From: an uncultured Aminicenantes bacterium
GTDB lineage: Bacteria > Acidobacteriota > Aminicenantia > UBA2199
DNA length: 64,000 bases
Direction of reading: 5' to 3'
Assembly (NCBI GenBank): GCA_965195285.1
Contig: CBDAFS010000031.1
Coordinates: 4,371-68,370, forward strand
Position 1 is the stretch's first letter; each line of letters begins with the position of its first letter. The position numbers and the translations under genes are program-made. Positions 37,424 through 46,059 of this stretch are shown piece after piece. Below the pieces are notes generated by a model. The model did no database searches and was not told the DNA's origin. It saw only the letters and a program-made list of their open reading frames with translations.

Positions 37424-37449
37424 TTTTTTGTTCGACCCCTTTTTTGTTC
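37418..37449. repeat. Perfect tandem duplication of the 16-mer GACCCCTTTTTTGTTC at the right end of the Y1 element
   Basis: Read directly: copy 1 at 37418-37433 and copy 2 at 37434-37449. Copy 1 begins inside the right inverted repeat (its GACCCC is the IR tip). Confidence 0.9.
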
Positions 37450-37535
37450 ACCCTGATAGACCAATAACACCTGTCACCCACATTTCAGCCTCCAGCTCCC
37501 TGCCCCCAGACAAAACCAGTTCAAGGTTATTTTTT

Positions 37536-37559
37536 TTTACCTTTACCTTAACCTTTACC
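37536..37559. repeat. Hexamer microsatellite (TTTACC)2-TTAACC-TTTACC upstream of the HDAC-like gene
   Basis: Read directly: TTTACC TTTACC TTAACC TTTACC. Confidence 0.9.
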
Positions 37560-37599
37560 TGAGTATTGAAAAAAAAGTGAATTGGTGGTAAAAAATAAG

Positions 37600-38652
37600 A
37601 TGATTGGATTGGAGATGACACGATTTGAGTTTTTGACCGGAATACTGGGTTCGGCAGCGATATTTTTAATGCCCTGGGCCGGATTCTCAGAGCTTAAAAA
37701 AGATAAGCAGGGGAAAACCGCTTACCTCTATGATGAGGTTTATCTGGAGCATGAAACCGGCGGATTTCACCCGGAGCGGCCCGAGCGCCTCATGGCCATC
37801 AACAAAATGGTTGAAAATTCCGGGTGGAATAAAGATTTGCTGAAATTACAGGCCCGGGTGGCCGACCCGGACACCATTGCCCGTGTCCACGAACAGGAAT
37901 ATATTGACAGAGTCAAGCGGGAGTGTGAAGCCGGCTATGGCGGATTGTCCACCGGCGATACCACCATTTGCCGGGAAAGTTATTCGGTGGCCCTGAAGGC
38001 AGTTGGCGGGGTGCTGAATACGGTGGATGCGGTGATGGATGGGAAAGCCAAAAATGCCTTCTGTGCGGTTCGCCCGCCCGGACATCATGCCGGCCAGAAA
38101 CAGGGGATGGGATTCTGCGTGTTCAACAACATTGCCATTGCCGCCCGTTATGCCCAGAAAAAATATGGCCTGGAGCGGGTATTGATCGCTGACTGGGATG
38201 TGCATCACGGCAATGGTACCCAGGATATTTTTTATGAGGATCCAACGGTTTTTTACATGAGCAGTCACCAGTATCCCTGGTACCCGGGAACCGGTCACTT
38301 CAGTGAAACCGGTTCGGGCCCGGGAAAGGGATTTACCATGAACCGGCCCTTTCCGGCCGGGTCCGGTAATAAAGAGATCATCAATGTCTATCAGAATGAT
38401 TTGATAAGCGCTGCCAGGGAATTCAAGCCCCAGCTAACCCTCATCTCGGCCGGTTTTGATTCACGGGCCGGAGATCCACTGGGGAATCTATTGCTGGATG
38501 ATCAGGGGTTCAGGGAATTAACCCGGATCATGCTGGAGATTGCTAACATCAGCGGGAAGGGCAGGCTGGTTTCCATTCTGGAGGGCGGCTATAGCCTGGA
38601 GGGCCTGTCACTGGGCATCCAGGCTCACCTGGATGAATTATCAAGAGCGTAG
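37600..38652 (+). CDS. Histone deacetylase/acetoin-utilisation (HDAC, arginase-fold) family deacetylase with hydrophobic N-terminal extension
   Basis: ORF open from TTG 37582; the first ATGs are at 37600 and 37615. Motifs HPERPER, RPPGHHA, DWDVHHGNGTQ and EGGY are typical of the HDAC family. The N-terminus MTRFEFLTGILGSAAIFLMPWAGFSE looks like a signal or anchor. Confidence 0.85.
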   Translation: MIGLEMTRFEFLTGILGSAAIFLMPWAGFSELKKDKQGKTAYLYDEVYLEHETGGFHPERPERLMAINKMVENSGWNKDLLKLQARVADPDTIARVHEQEYIDRVKRECEAGYGGLSTGDTTICRESYSVALKAVGGVLNTVDAVMDGKAKNAFCAVRPPGHHAGQKQGMGFCVFNNIAIAARYAQKKYGLERVLIADWDVHHGNGTQDIFYEDPTVFYMSSHQYPWYPGTGHFSETGSGPGKGFTMNRPFPAGSGNKEIINVYQNDLISAAREFKPQLTLISAGFDSRAGDPLGNLLLDDQGFRELTRIMLEIANISGKGRLVSILEGGYSLEGLSLGIQAHLDELSRA

Positions 38653-38675
38653 TAAGTCATTTTATTTAAAGCAAA

Positions 38676-40610
38676 ATGAAAAAAATTTCCTGGCTCATTA
38701 TTCTCCTGATTTTACTGAATTTCATTTTATATTCATCTGAAAAACCTAATGAAAAAAGAGTCGTTTCGGTAGGGATTTGTCTGGATGAGGAATGTCAGGA
38801 ATTAAGCAAATGGGATTTTTTGAGAGACATGATTAATGAGGTGTCAAAAGATTTTGAAAAAGATTTTGCCATCGTATTATCTCCTGAAAAATATCAGCCC
38901 TGGAAAAGTAATAATAAATTTCATTCCCTGGACTTACTTTTTCAATCTTTTATTAGAAAAGTCACTAAAAAAAATTTTAATATTGTTTTAGGATTTACAA
39001 ATCAGGAAGGTATTCAGGGAAGTTACGGGATATCCCTTTATCAAGAGGCCTATATCCTTGTCCGGTTTTTAGAAGACAGAACATTTTTAAAAAAAGTATT
39101 AATGCACGAAATGTGTCATCTTTTTGGTGCTACTCATGTGGATGACGAAAAAGACTTGATGGATAGGTTTCTGAGAGGAACAGAACTGGGGCAGGAAAAT
39201 AAAAAAATCATTGATCTGCATAGAGAGAGAAATTTTAAGAATATTGGGTTTCCTCTGCCCAGGGAAGAATTTACAAAATTGATTGAACTGTATAATAAAA
39301 TTGCCATTTCGAATGAATTGCTAAAAAACAGTAAACTGCCTTCAACCAAGAGGAGACAGCTGCGAAAGAAGCTGAATTTTTTACCGTCAATAAAATCAAC
39401 ATTACAAGAGGTTCAAAAAGTTTATTCAGGTCTGGAGGATGTTTATATTTATCTGGTTTTTATATTTATTGAAATGGAAAGATACGATGAGGCATTAAAT
39501 ACCTGTGAGAAAGCCTTGAGAATCAATCCCGATCTGAATGAAGTTTATAATCTGATGGGAATTGCCTCTCGAAGAAGTGGCAAAATAAATAGAGCTATTC
39601 AGTATTATAAGAAGGTTCTGAAAAGCAGGCCTGATTATCCGAAAGTACATTATAACCTTGGAATCGCTTATATGAAAAGAGGGGATGTAGACTTAGCCGT
39701 CTCAGCATATAAAAAGGCTATTGGTTTAAATCCCAATTTTGCCGATCCCTGGAACAATCTTGGTTATATTGATCTTGAGAAAGGAAGGCTGGATCAAGCC
39801 CTTGAGAAATTTAAGAAGGCCATTGACCTGAATCCTTTTTTCCCTCTGGCCTATTCCAATCTTGCCGAAGGATTATTAAGAAAAGGACAGGTTGATATTG
39901 CATTAGAGAAAGTAAAAAAAGCATTGACACTGGATTCTCGATTACCCGGTCCTCATAATATTTTGGGAAAGATCTATTCTGCAAAAAAAGAATTCCATAA
40001 AGCTGAAAAAGAATATAAAATAGCCATATCACTAAAGCCCAGTTATTATAAAGCCTACTTCAATTTGGGCAATATCTGTTTTAAAAAAAGCCAGCTATCT
40101 CAAGCCCGTAAATATTTTCAGAAGTCTATTGATATTTCTCCCCGATTCGGTCAAGCGTATGCTGGCCTGGGGGATTGTTTTCTTAAAGAAGGACATCTGG
40201 ATCAGGCGGAAAGAAAATTCAAAAGAGCCGTCAACCTGGGGTATAAAACAGCCCAGGTCTATTTGAATCTCAGTTTCATAAAAATAAAAAAGAAGGATTA
40301 TGATGGGGCCATTCATTACGGGAACCTGGCCAGGACCGATTTCCCCGGGCATGAAAAAGTACACCAGAATCTGGGTATCGCCTATTTCCTGAAGGGAATG
40401 TTGCCTCAGGCCGAACAGGAGTTCAAAGATGTGCTTCGCTTAAATCCGAAACATGCCGATATGCATAAAAATCTAATGATGCTTTATTTATTAAAAAAAG
40501 ACTATAATATGGCAGGCCAATACCTGGAAAAATACGAGAAACTGGGTTTTCAGGTGAATGAAGAATTGAAAAATGAAATATTGAGATATAAAAAAGAGCA
40601 AGAAAAATAA
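38676..40610 (+). CDS. Secreted metzincin-type Zn-metalloprotease domain fused to a long TPR array
   Basis: 644-aa ORF with signal ISWLIILLILLNFILYSS and zinc motif HEMCHLFGATHVDD (HExxHxxGxxHD, reprolysin-like). About ten canonical TPRs follow (..ALRINPDLNEVYNLMGIA.., ..AIGLNPNFADPWNNLGYI..). AT-rich. Confidence 0.75.
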   Translation: MKKISWLIILLILLNFILYSSEKPNEKRVVSVGICLDEECQELSKWDFLRDMINEVSKDFEKDFAIVLSPEKYQPWKSNNKFHSLDLLFQSFIRKVTKKNFNIVLGFTNQEGIQGSYGISLYQEAYILVRFLEDRTFLKKVLMHEMCHLFGATHVDDEKDLMDRFLRGTELGQENKKIIDLHRERNFKNIGFPLPREEFTKLIELYNKIAISNELLKNSKLPSTKRRQLRKKLNFLPSIKSTLQEVQKVYSGLEDVYIYLVFIFIEMERYDEALNTCEKALRINPDLNEVYNLMGIASRRSGKINRAIQYYKKVLKSRPDYPKVHYNLGIAYMKRGDVDLAVSAYKKAIGLNPNFADPWNNLGYIDLEKGRLDQALEKFKKAIDLNPFFPLAYSNLAEGLLRKGQVDIALEKVKKALTLDSRLPGPHNILGKIYSAKKEFHKAEKEYKIAISLKPSYYKAYFNLGNICFKKSQLSQARKYFQKSIDISPRFGQAYAGLGDCFLKEGHLDQAERKFKRAVNLGYKTAQVYLNLSFIKIKKKDYDGAIHYGNLARTDFPGHEKVHQNLGIAYFLKGMLPQAEQEFKDVLRLNPKHADMHKNLMMLYLLKKDYNMAGQYLEKYEKLGFQVNEELKNEILRYKKEQEK

Positions 40611-40646
40611 AATAGGTTTTGAAAAAAACCAATTATTGCCTATTTT

Positions 40647-40675
40647 TTGACATCAGATTTTTCATATGTTATATC
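40647..40675 (+). promoter_or_regulatory. Sigma-70-type promoter candidate (TTGACA-N17-TATATC)
   Basis: TTGACA at 40647-40652, a 17-nt spacer, then TATATC at 40670-40675. About 55 nt upstream of ATG 40731. Confidence 0.4.
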
Positions 40676-40730
40676 TTTAAGTAATAAATATGGAGTTATA
40701 TGATCTGATTCATCCCTGGGTAAACAAAGA

Positions 40731-41690
40731 ATGAAAATCAAAGAAATAAAAGATATCAATCCCGGGCAATTCATTGATCAGAAGATCAGAGAAACACATT
40801 CTTTTGTGGGAGATGCCCTGGCCATCAATACCCTTTCCGGAGGTGTGGATTCGGCAGTGGTCACCATGCTGGGTTATCGGGCCCTGGGAGAGCGGTTGAA
40901 AACCTTTTTTATCGATACCGGATTGATGCGAAAGGATGAGCCCCAACAGGTGGTTTCAACCTTTAAAAAATTAGGGATTCACGTTCAGGTTGTTCAGGCC
41001 CAGGATCAAATCTTTTCCGCTCTGAAGGGTTTGAAGGATCCGGAAGAGAAACGGGCTACCATCACTCATATTTTTTACAAAGAAATTTTCGGAAAATTGA
41101 TCAGGGAAAGCGGAGCCAAATTTTTACTCCGGGGCACCAATTATACCGATGTGGAGGAAACTGTTGCCGGTTTGAAACACCAGCAAGAAGTACTGGAACA
41201 GCTGGGGATTGATACCGAAGAGGTCTACGAATACAAGGTGATCGAACCCCTGATTCAGATCCGAAAACCATTGGTTCGTAAAGTCTGCCGTACTCTGGGC
41301 ATGCCCGCAGCCATCCATTCCCGCCCCTCTTTTCCGGCACCGGGACTGGCAGCCAGGATTTTGGGTGAAATCACTCCGGACAAAGTTGACCTGGTCCGGG
41401 AAGCCAATAGAATTGTGGAAACATTTTTATCCGCAACCGGAGCGTTTCAATATATGGCCATCCTACACAATGACTGGGTAACCGGAGTAAAAAAGGGAAA
41501 GCGTTATCCCGGCTGGCAAATTGAAATCAGGTGCTGGGATAGCAAGGATGCACTGTCAGGGGTTCCCTTCAGATTGAACCAGACACTCCTGCTGGAGATG
41601 TCGGATAAAATAATAGCCGAAGTGCCGGGAGTGGTCAGTGTGTTATACAATATCACCAGAAAGCCACCCTTAACCATTGAGGCTGTATAA
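40731..41690 (+). CDS. GMP-synthase-like ATP pyrophosphatase (subunit-B type; PP-loop plus GMP synthase C-terminal dimerisation domain)
   Basis: 319-aa ORF with PP-loop SGGVDSAV, EPL..IRK..VR..LGMP.....RPSFPAPGLAARILGEIT and a C-terminal ..ITRKPPLTIEAV, matching the GuaA synthetase half. No GATase domain. Confidence 0.8.
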   Translation: MKIKEIKDINPGQFIDQKIRETHSFVGDALAINTLSGGVDSAVVTMLGYRALGERLKTFFIDTGLMRKDEPQQVVSTFKKLGIHVQVVQAQDQIFSALKGLKDPEEKRATITHIFYKEIFGKLIRESGAKFLLRGTNYTDVEETVAGLKHQQEVLEQLGIDTEEVYEYKVIEPLIQIRKPLVRKVCRTLGMPAAIHSRPSFPAPGLAARILGEITPDKVDLVREANRIVETFLSATGAFQYMAILHNDWVTGVKKGKRYPGWQIEIRCWDSKDALSGVPFRLNQTLLLEMSDKIIAEVPGVVSVLYNITRKPPLTIEAV

Positions 41691-41725
41691 ACCGTTCGGT
41701 ACGGCCCCAAAGATAGGAGGTAAAC

Positions 41726-43513
41726 ATGGTCAAAGGCATTCAGAATAAATATCTACAGATTGATCTCGACAACCGAACCTTCCGGTCCGGAACTCCACCC
41801 GGGGATCTTTTTCCCCAATTTTTAGGAGGAAAAGGCGCGGGATTGAAAGTCATGATGGATCTGGGGCTGACCTCAGAAGATCCATTCGGGGCAGGTAATC
41901 CCCTCATATTTGTGACCGGCCCTTTTACCGGGACACCGGTTCAGACATCGGCCCGCTCTGCCCTGGTCACCATGTCACCGTTGACCGGAACCTTTCTGGA
42001 CAGCCATGTGGGTGGCCATTTCGGCCCCATGATCAAGAGAGCGGGATATGACTATGTGGTCATAACCGGAAAGAGTGAACACCCGGTTTATCTCTATTTC
42101 ACTCCGGATGGGGTGGTATTTGAGGATGCCGCATCCCTCTGGGGCCGGGGTATATTTGAAACCGAAAAGCAGTTAAAATCCAGATACCCAAAGAGCCGGA
42201 TCGCTTCTATAGGGCCGGCCGGAGAAAACAAAGTACGCTTTGCCTGTATCGGTACCGATTACTACCGGCAGTTCGGCAGGGGAGGGGCCGGAGCGGTAAT
42301 GGGATCAAAAAACCTCAAAGCCGTGGTGTTTGAGGGCAATGAAAAAGTTGATTTTTTCGACCGCGACAAATTTACGGAACTCAACACCCGTCTGACCAAT
42401 GATGTCATGCAGCATCCCAACCGGGCCAAAAGATTTGATCTGGGCACCAACATGTGGATACGCATGGCCCAGGAAGATGGTCATTTTCTGCCTACCCGGA
42501 ATTTTCAGGATGTTCACTTTGAGGATTATGAAAATATTACCTCTGAAGCAATGAAGAAAAAACTGAACTGGAAGAGTGTGGGCTGTTTTAATTGTGTTAT
42601 TCAATGTTCCAAAATGGCTACTTGGAAGGGTTTTGAACTGGAGGGTCCTGAATACGAAACCACCGCTTATCTGGGATCCGGCTGTGGTATTGGTGATGCC
42701 GAAGCAGTGGCCCAGGCCAATTATCTTTGCGATGATCTGGGGTTGGATACCATTTCCGCCGGGGTGGTTACTTCTTTTGTCATGGAGGCCTTTGAAAAGG
42801 GTATTCTCTCCCCCCAGGATTGTGATGGACTTGAACTGAAATTCGGGAATGCCCAGGCCCAGGTTTCATTGTTGAAAAAAATAGCCAGCAGGGATGGTAT
42901 CGGGGATATTCTGGCCGAGGGAACTCGGATCGCTTCCCGGCATATCGGAAAGGGAAGTGAGTATTTTGCTATCCAGACTGCGGGGATGGAGCTGTCAGGG
43001 GTGAACATCAAGGGATGTGCCTCAATGGGATTGACCCTGGCCACTTCGGATTTCGCCAGTCATACCCGGTTCTGGTCTGCCTCGGATGAGATGGCCGGTA
43101 ATTTGACCTTTGAAAACACACCGGAATATGTCATGAAAGGCCAGGATGAGGTTAATGCCCGAAACTCTTTGATCATATGTGATTTTCTGCCTTTCGGATT
43201 TGATCGCCTGGTTCCGATTTACGAGAGTCTGACCGGGATCAAGGTGGATGAGTCCCGTTTGATGGAGATCGGGGAAAAGATTTCCAATATCACCCGGATG
43301 ATCAATATCCGGAACGGAAGAACCCGGAAAGATGATACGCTGCCCCAGCGGTTTTTCAAAGAGGAGCACCTGGCAGGAATCTTCAAGGGGAAATATATGT
43401 CTATGGAAATTTTCGATCAATGGCTGGATATGTATTACCAGGCCAGGGGATGGGACCCAAAAGGGATTCCCACAGATGCCAAGTTGAAAGAACTGGATTT
43501 AGATCATTTTTAA
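41726..43513 (+). CDS. Aldehyde:ferredoxin oxidoreductase family (tungstopterin enzyme)
   Basis: 595-aa ORF. The N-terminal pattern YLQIDLDNRTF....FLGGKGAGLKVM...NPLIFVTGPFTG and internal GCFNCVIQC / EYET motifs are typical of AOR. Confidence 0.9.
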   Translation: MVKGIQNKYLQIDLDNRTFRSGTPPGDLFPQFLGGKGAGLKVMMDLGLTSEDPFGAGNPLIFVTGPFTGTPVQTSARSALVTMSPLTGTFLDSHVGGHFGPMIKRAGYDYVVITGKSEHPVYLYFTPDGVVFEDAASLWGRGIFETEKQLKSRYPKSRIASIGPAGENKVRFACIGTDYYRQFGRGGAGAVMGSKNLKAVVFEGNEKVDFFDRDKFTELNTRLTNDVMQHPNRAKRFDLGTNMWIRMAQEDGHFLPTRNFQDVHFEDYENITSEAMKKKLNWKSVGCFNCVIQCSKMATWKGFELEGPEYETTAYLGSGCGIGDAEAVAQANYLCDDLGLDTISAGVVTSFVMEAFEKGILSPQDCDGLELKFGNAQAQVSLLKKIASRDGIGDILAEGTRIASRHIGKGSEYFAIQTAGMELSGVNIKGCASMGLTLATSDFASHTRFWSASDEMAGNLTFENTPEYVMKGQDEVNARNSLIICDFLPFGFDRLVPIYESLTGIKVDESRLMEIGEKISNITRMINIRNGRTRKDDTLPQRFFKEEHLAGIFKGKYMSMEIFDQWLDMYYQARGWDPKGIPTDAKLKELDLDHF

Positions 43514-43568
43514 TGATATGTGTCATCGCCTGTGTTGATAATGAATCGCTTAGAAAAGGAGGAATCGA

Positions 43569-44750
43569 ATGAAAAAGGCCCATAATCGGCTGGCCAACCG
43601 CATCCAGCACCTGGAGCCGGAAGGTGCCTATGAGATGCTGGCCCGGGCCCAGCAACTGGAATCAGAAGGGCGGAAAATCATTCATCTTGAAATCGGTCAA
43701 CCGGATTTCCAGACTTTTACCAATATCGGGATTTCAGGGATCCGTGCCATTGCCAACGGGCAGACCCGCTATACCCCTTCGGCCGGAATTCCCGAATTAA
43801 AAAAGGAAATTGCCCGGTATACCGCTTCCCGGATAGGTATTCCGTTAACAGCAGATCAGGTGGTGGTGGGACCCGGTGCCAAACCACTACTTTTCTTTCC
43901 CATGATGGCCATTCTGGAACCGGGCGATGAAGCCATATATCCGGATCCGGGATTTCCCAGCTACCGGGCCATCATCGAAACCATGGGAGCTACACCAATA
44001 CCGATTTCCTTGAAAGAGGAATCCGGTTTTTCTTTTGATATGGATGTGTTTTTGAAGCAGGTCAATGAGAATACCCGGCTGGTGATTATCAATTCCCCTT
44101 CAAATCCCACCGGAGGCATTATTCCCGAGCATGACCTGAAGCGTATCGCCGATATGGCCATTGAATATGATTTCTGGGTTTTATCCGATGAAATTTATAC
44201 CCGGCTGGTTTATTCCTCGGAGCCCATTCTGAGTATTGCCTCAATGCCGGGCATGAATGAGCGTACGATTATCATGGATGGATTTTCCAAAACCTATGCC
44301 ATGACCGGCTGGCGACTGGGTTACGGGCTGATGCCTGAAGATTTGGCCCGGAAGGTGGGATTGCTGTTAACCCATTCTGTGGGCTGTACCGCTTCCTTTA
44401 CCCAGATAGCCGGTATTGAAGCTTTAATTGGACCCCAGCAACAGGTAGAAGAAGTACGCCAGCTGTTTCAGAAGCGGCGGGATGTGATTGTGAGCGGATT
44501 GAATAATATTCCCGGAATAGAGTGCCAGAATCCCCAGGGGGCTTTTTATGTGTTTCCCAATATTAAAAGTTTTGACCGGTCTTCAAAAGAATTGGCTGAT
44601 TTTCTGTTAAATGAGGCCGGAGTGGCCGTGCTGCCCGGAACGTCTTTTGGAGACCTGGCTGAGGGTTATCTGCGGCTGTGTTATGCCAATTCGATTGAGA
44701 ACATCGAAAAGGCCCTGGCTCTGATCGAACAGGCAGTGAAAAAACTTTGA
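43569..44750 (+). CDS. Class-I pyridoxal-phosphate aminotransferase (aspartate aminotransferase-like)
   Basis: 393-aa ORF after AAGGAGG with INSPSNPTGG and the Lys motif DGFSKTYAMTGWRLGY. Confidence 0.9.
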   Translation: MKKAHNRLANRIQHLEPEGAYEMLARAQQLESEGRKIIHLEIGQPDFQTFTNIGISGIRAIANGQTRYTPSAGIPELKKEIARYTASRIGIPLTADQVVVGPGAKPLLFFPMMAILEPGDEAIYPDPGFPSYRAIIETMGATPIPISLKEESGFSFDMDVFLKQVNENTRLVIINSPSNPTGGIIPEHDLKRIADMAIEYDFWVLSDEIYTRLVYSSEPILSIASMPGMNERTIIMDGFSKTYAMTGWRLGYGLMPEDLARKVGLLLTHSVGCTASFTQIAGIEALIGPQQQVEEVRQLFQKRRDVIVSGLNNIPGIECQNPQGAFYVFPNIKSFDRSSKELADFLLNEAGVAVLPGTSFGDLAEGYLRLCYANSIENIEKALALIEQAVKKL

Positions 44751-44795
44751 GACAGAAAACCGCTAAATTTAAATGATAAAAACAAGGAGGAATGA

Positions 44796-46034
44796 ATGGC
44801 TTTACATTATTCTTTTTTAAGTGAAAAAGACAGGCAACAGATGGATGCCCTGAAGGAATCGTATGGGGGTGCATCCGAGATTATGAAAACCATAGAAAAT
44901 CTGAGGGAATATCCGAAGCGAAAACAAATTGCCGAAGAAAAGGGATTTGGAGAAATGCTGGAACAGGCTGAGAACTATGCCAAATCCTTTCCCAAAGTTG
45001 AGGATTTTATTGAGAGGGAAAGCCTTCAATTGATCAAGCCCGGGAAGGCAACCACACAGGTGTCCGGGTTTCAGGGTGCTCCCATTACCCTGGGAGCCAT
45101 GAAGAGAATTGCCGAGGACGGTGAGACCCTGGTGCCCACGGAGTTCATATCGGTTATGGCCCTGAGCGAAGATTATGTGTTGAATGGCGAGCTGGTGACC
45201 ACCCTGGCCATGGCCGAAAATATCATGGGTGCATCCAAGTTTTGCAATACCAATATGGTGGGGACACCGCTCAACAATGAGATCTACAGTAGGCTGGAAA
45301 AGGTGACCGGTGAAAAATTTGACACCTGGGAACCTGCTTCGGGAATGCGAGCCCTGGTGTTGAAAAATATGGGAACCCCCTTTGGTAATCTAGGCGGGGT
45401 GGAAGTGGCCAATAACAATCATCTGGTGTACCTGGATGGAGTCACCCGGTGTACATTGAACACCGGGGGGGATTTTTACCTGAATCCCAGCTGGTCGACA
45501 ATTGTGGCTGCCTGCTATTATGCCCGGGATATTCTGAATCTCAATTTTAAGATTTCCATGTTGCTGTCAACCCAGAATGTCATTCAACTTCGTATGCTGT
45601 TGAATATCATGAAAGAGTACCTCCGGGATAATGGGACGACTCCGATATATGAAATCAATCTGGGTAATGGTCAATCGCCGGAAATGTTTATTCAATGTGC
45701 CCGGGACTTAAAGGAATCCGGAATTCCTGGAGTTTCCCTGGCTGCCCATTTGAGAATCAATCCGGACCTGGGCATTGCTGATTTTGACTGGACTGAGAAT
45801 GCCCACCGGGTACTGGAATCGGGCACCGATATTACCATCAAATATGAAAGTGACGGAACCTCCAGACCCATGGATACCATGGGAACCTACTTTTTATCAA
45901 AAGAGGATCGACTCAAAAATCAGGAACAGATCGGAGATGTCATTTATCATAAATGTGTGCGGTGTTCCAATGATGTTAAAGAAATAATGAGAATGGGACA
46001 TCCGGCAAGTTTTGCCACCATTTCTCATCGTTGA
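44796..46034 (+). CDS. Conserved-looking hypothetical protein (412 aa), no family recognised
   Basis: Long ORF with normal core-genome composition. Strong RBS (AAGGAGG 5 nt before the ATG). Gaps to its neighbours are 45 nt upstream and 25 nt downstream, on the same strand. Confidence 0.75.
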   Translation: MALHYSFLSEKDRQQMDALKESYGGASEIMKTIENLREYPKRKQIAEEKGFGEMLEQAENYAKSFPKVEDFIERESLQLIKPGKATTQVSGFQGAPITLGAMKRIAEDGETLVPTEFISVMALSEDYVLNGELVTTLAMAENIMGASKFCNTNMVGTPLNNEIYSRLEKVTGEKFDTWEPASGMRALVLKNMGTPFGNLGGVEVANNNHLVYLDGVTRCTLNTGGDFYLNPSWSTIVAACYYARDILNLNFKISMLLSTQNVIQLRMLLNIMKEYLRDNGTTPIYEINLGNGQSPEMFIQCARDLKESGIPGVSLAAHLRINPDLGIADFDWTENAHRVLESGTDITIKYESDGTSRPMDTMGTYFLSKEDRLKNQEQIGDVIYHKCVRCSNDVKEIMRMGHPASFATISHR

Positions 46035-46059
46035 ATGACCTTTGAAAAGGAGGATAACC

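Noticed and set aside
37418-37559. Possible miniature CRISPR or other repeat array
   Set aside because: There are only two 16-bp tandem copies with no spacers, plus a four-unit hexamer. No repeat-spacer periodicity or cas genes occur anywhere in the window.
37371-37562. 63-aa plus-strand ORF next to the Y1 transposase
   Set aside because: It runs across the terminal inverted repeat, the 16-bp tandem duplication and the hexamer repeat. Its 'protein' is a by-product of those repeats.
37615-37690. Twin-arginine (Tat) signal on the HDAC-like protein
   Set aside because: Only one Arg is present (TRFEFL), so the Tat consensus is not met. It is kept only as a generic signal/anchor possibility.
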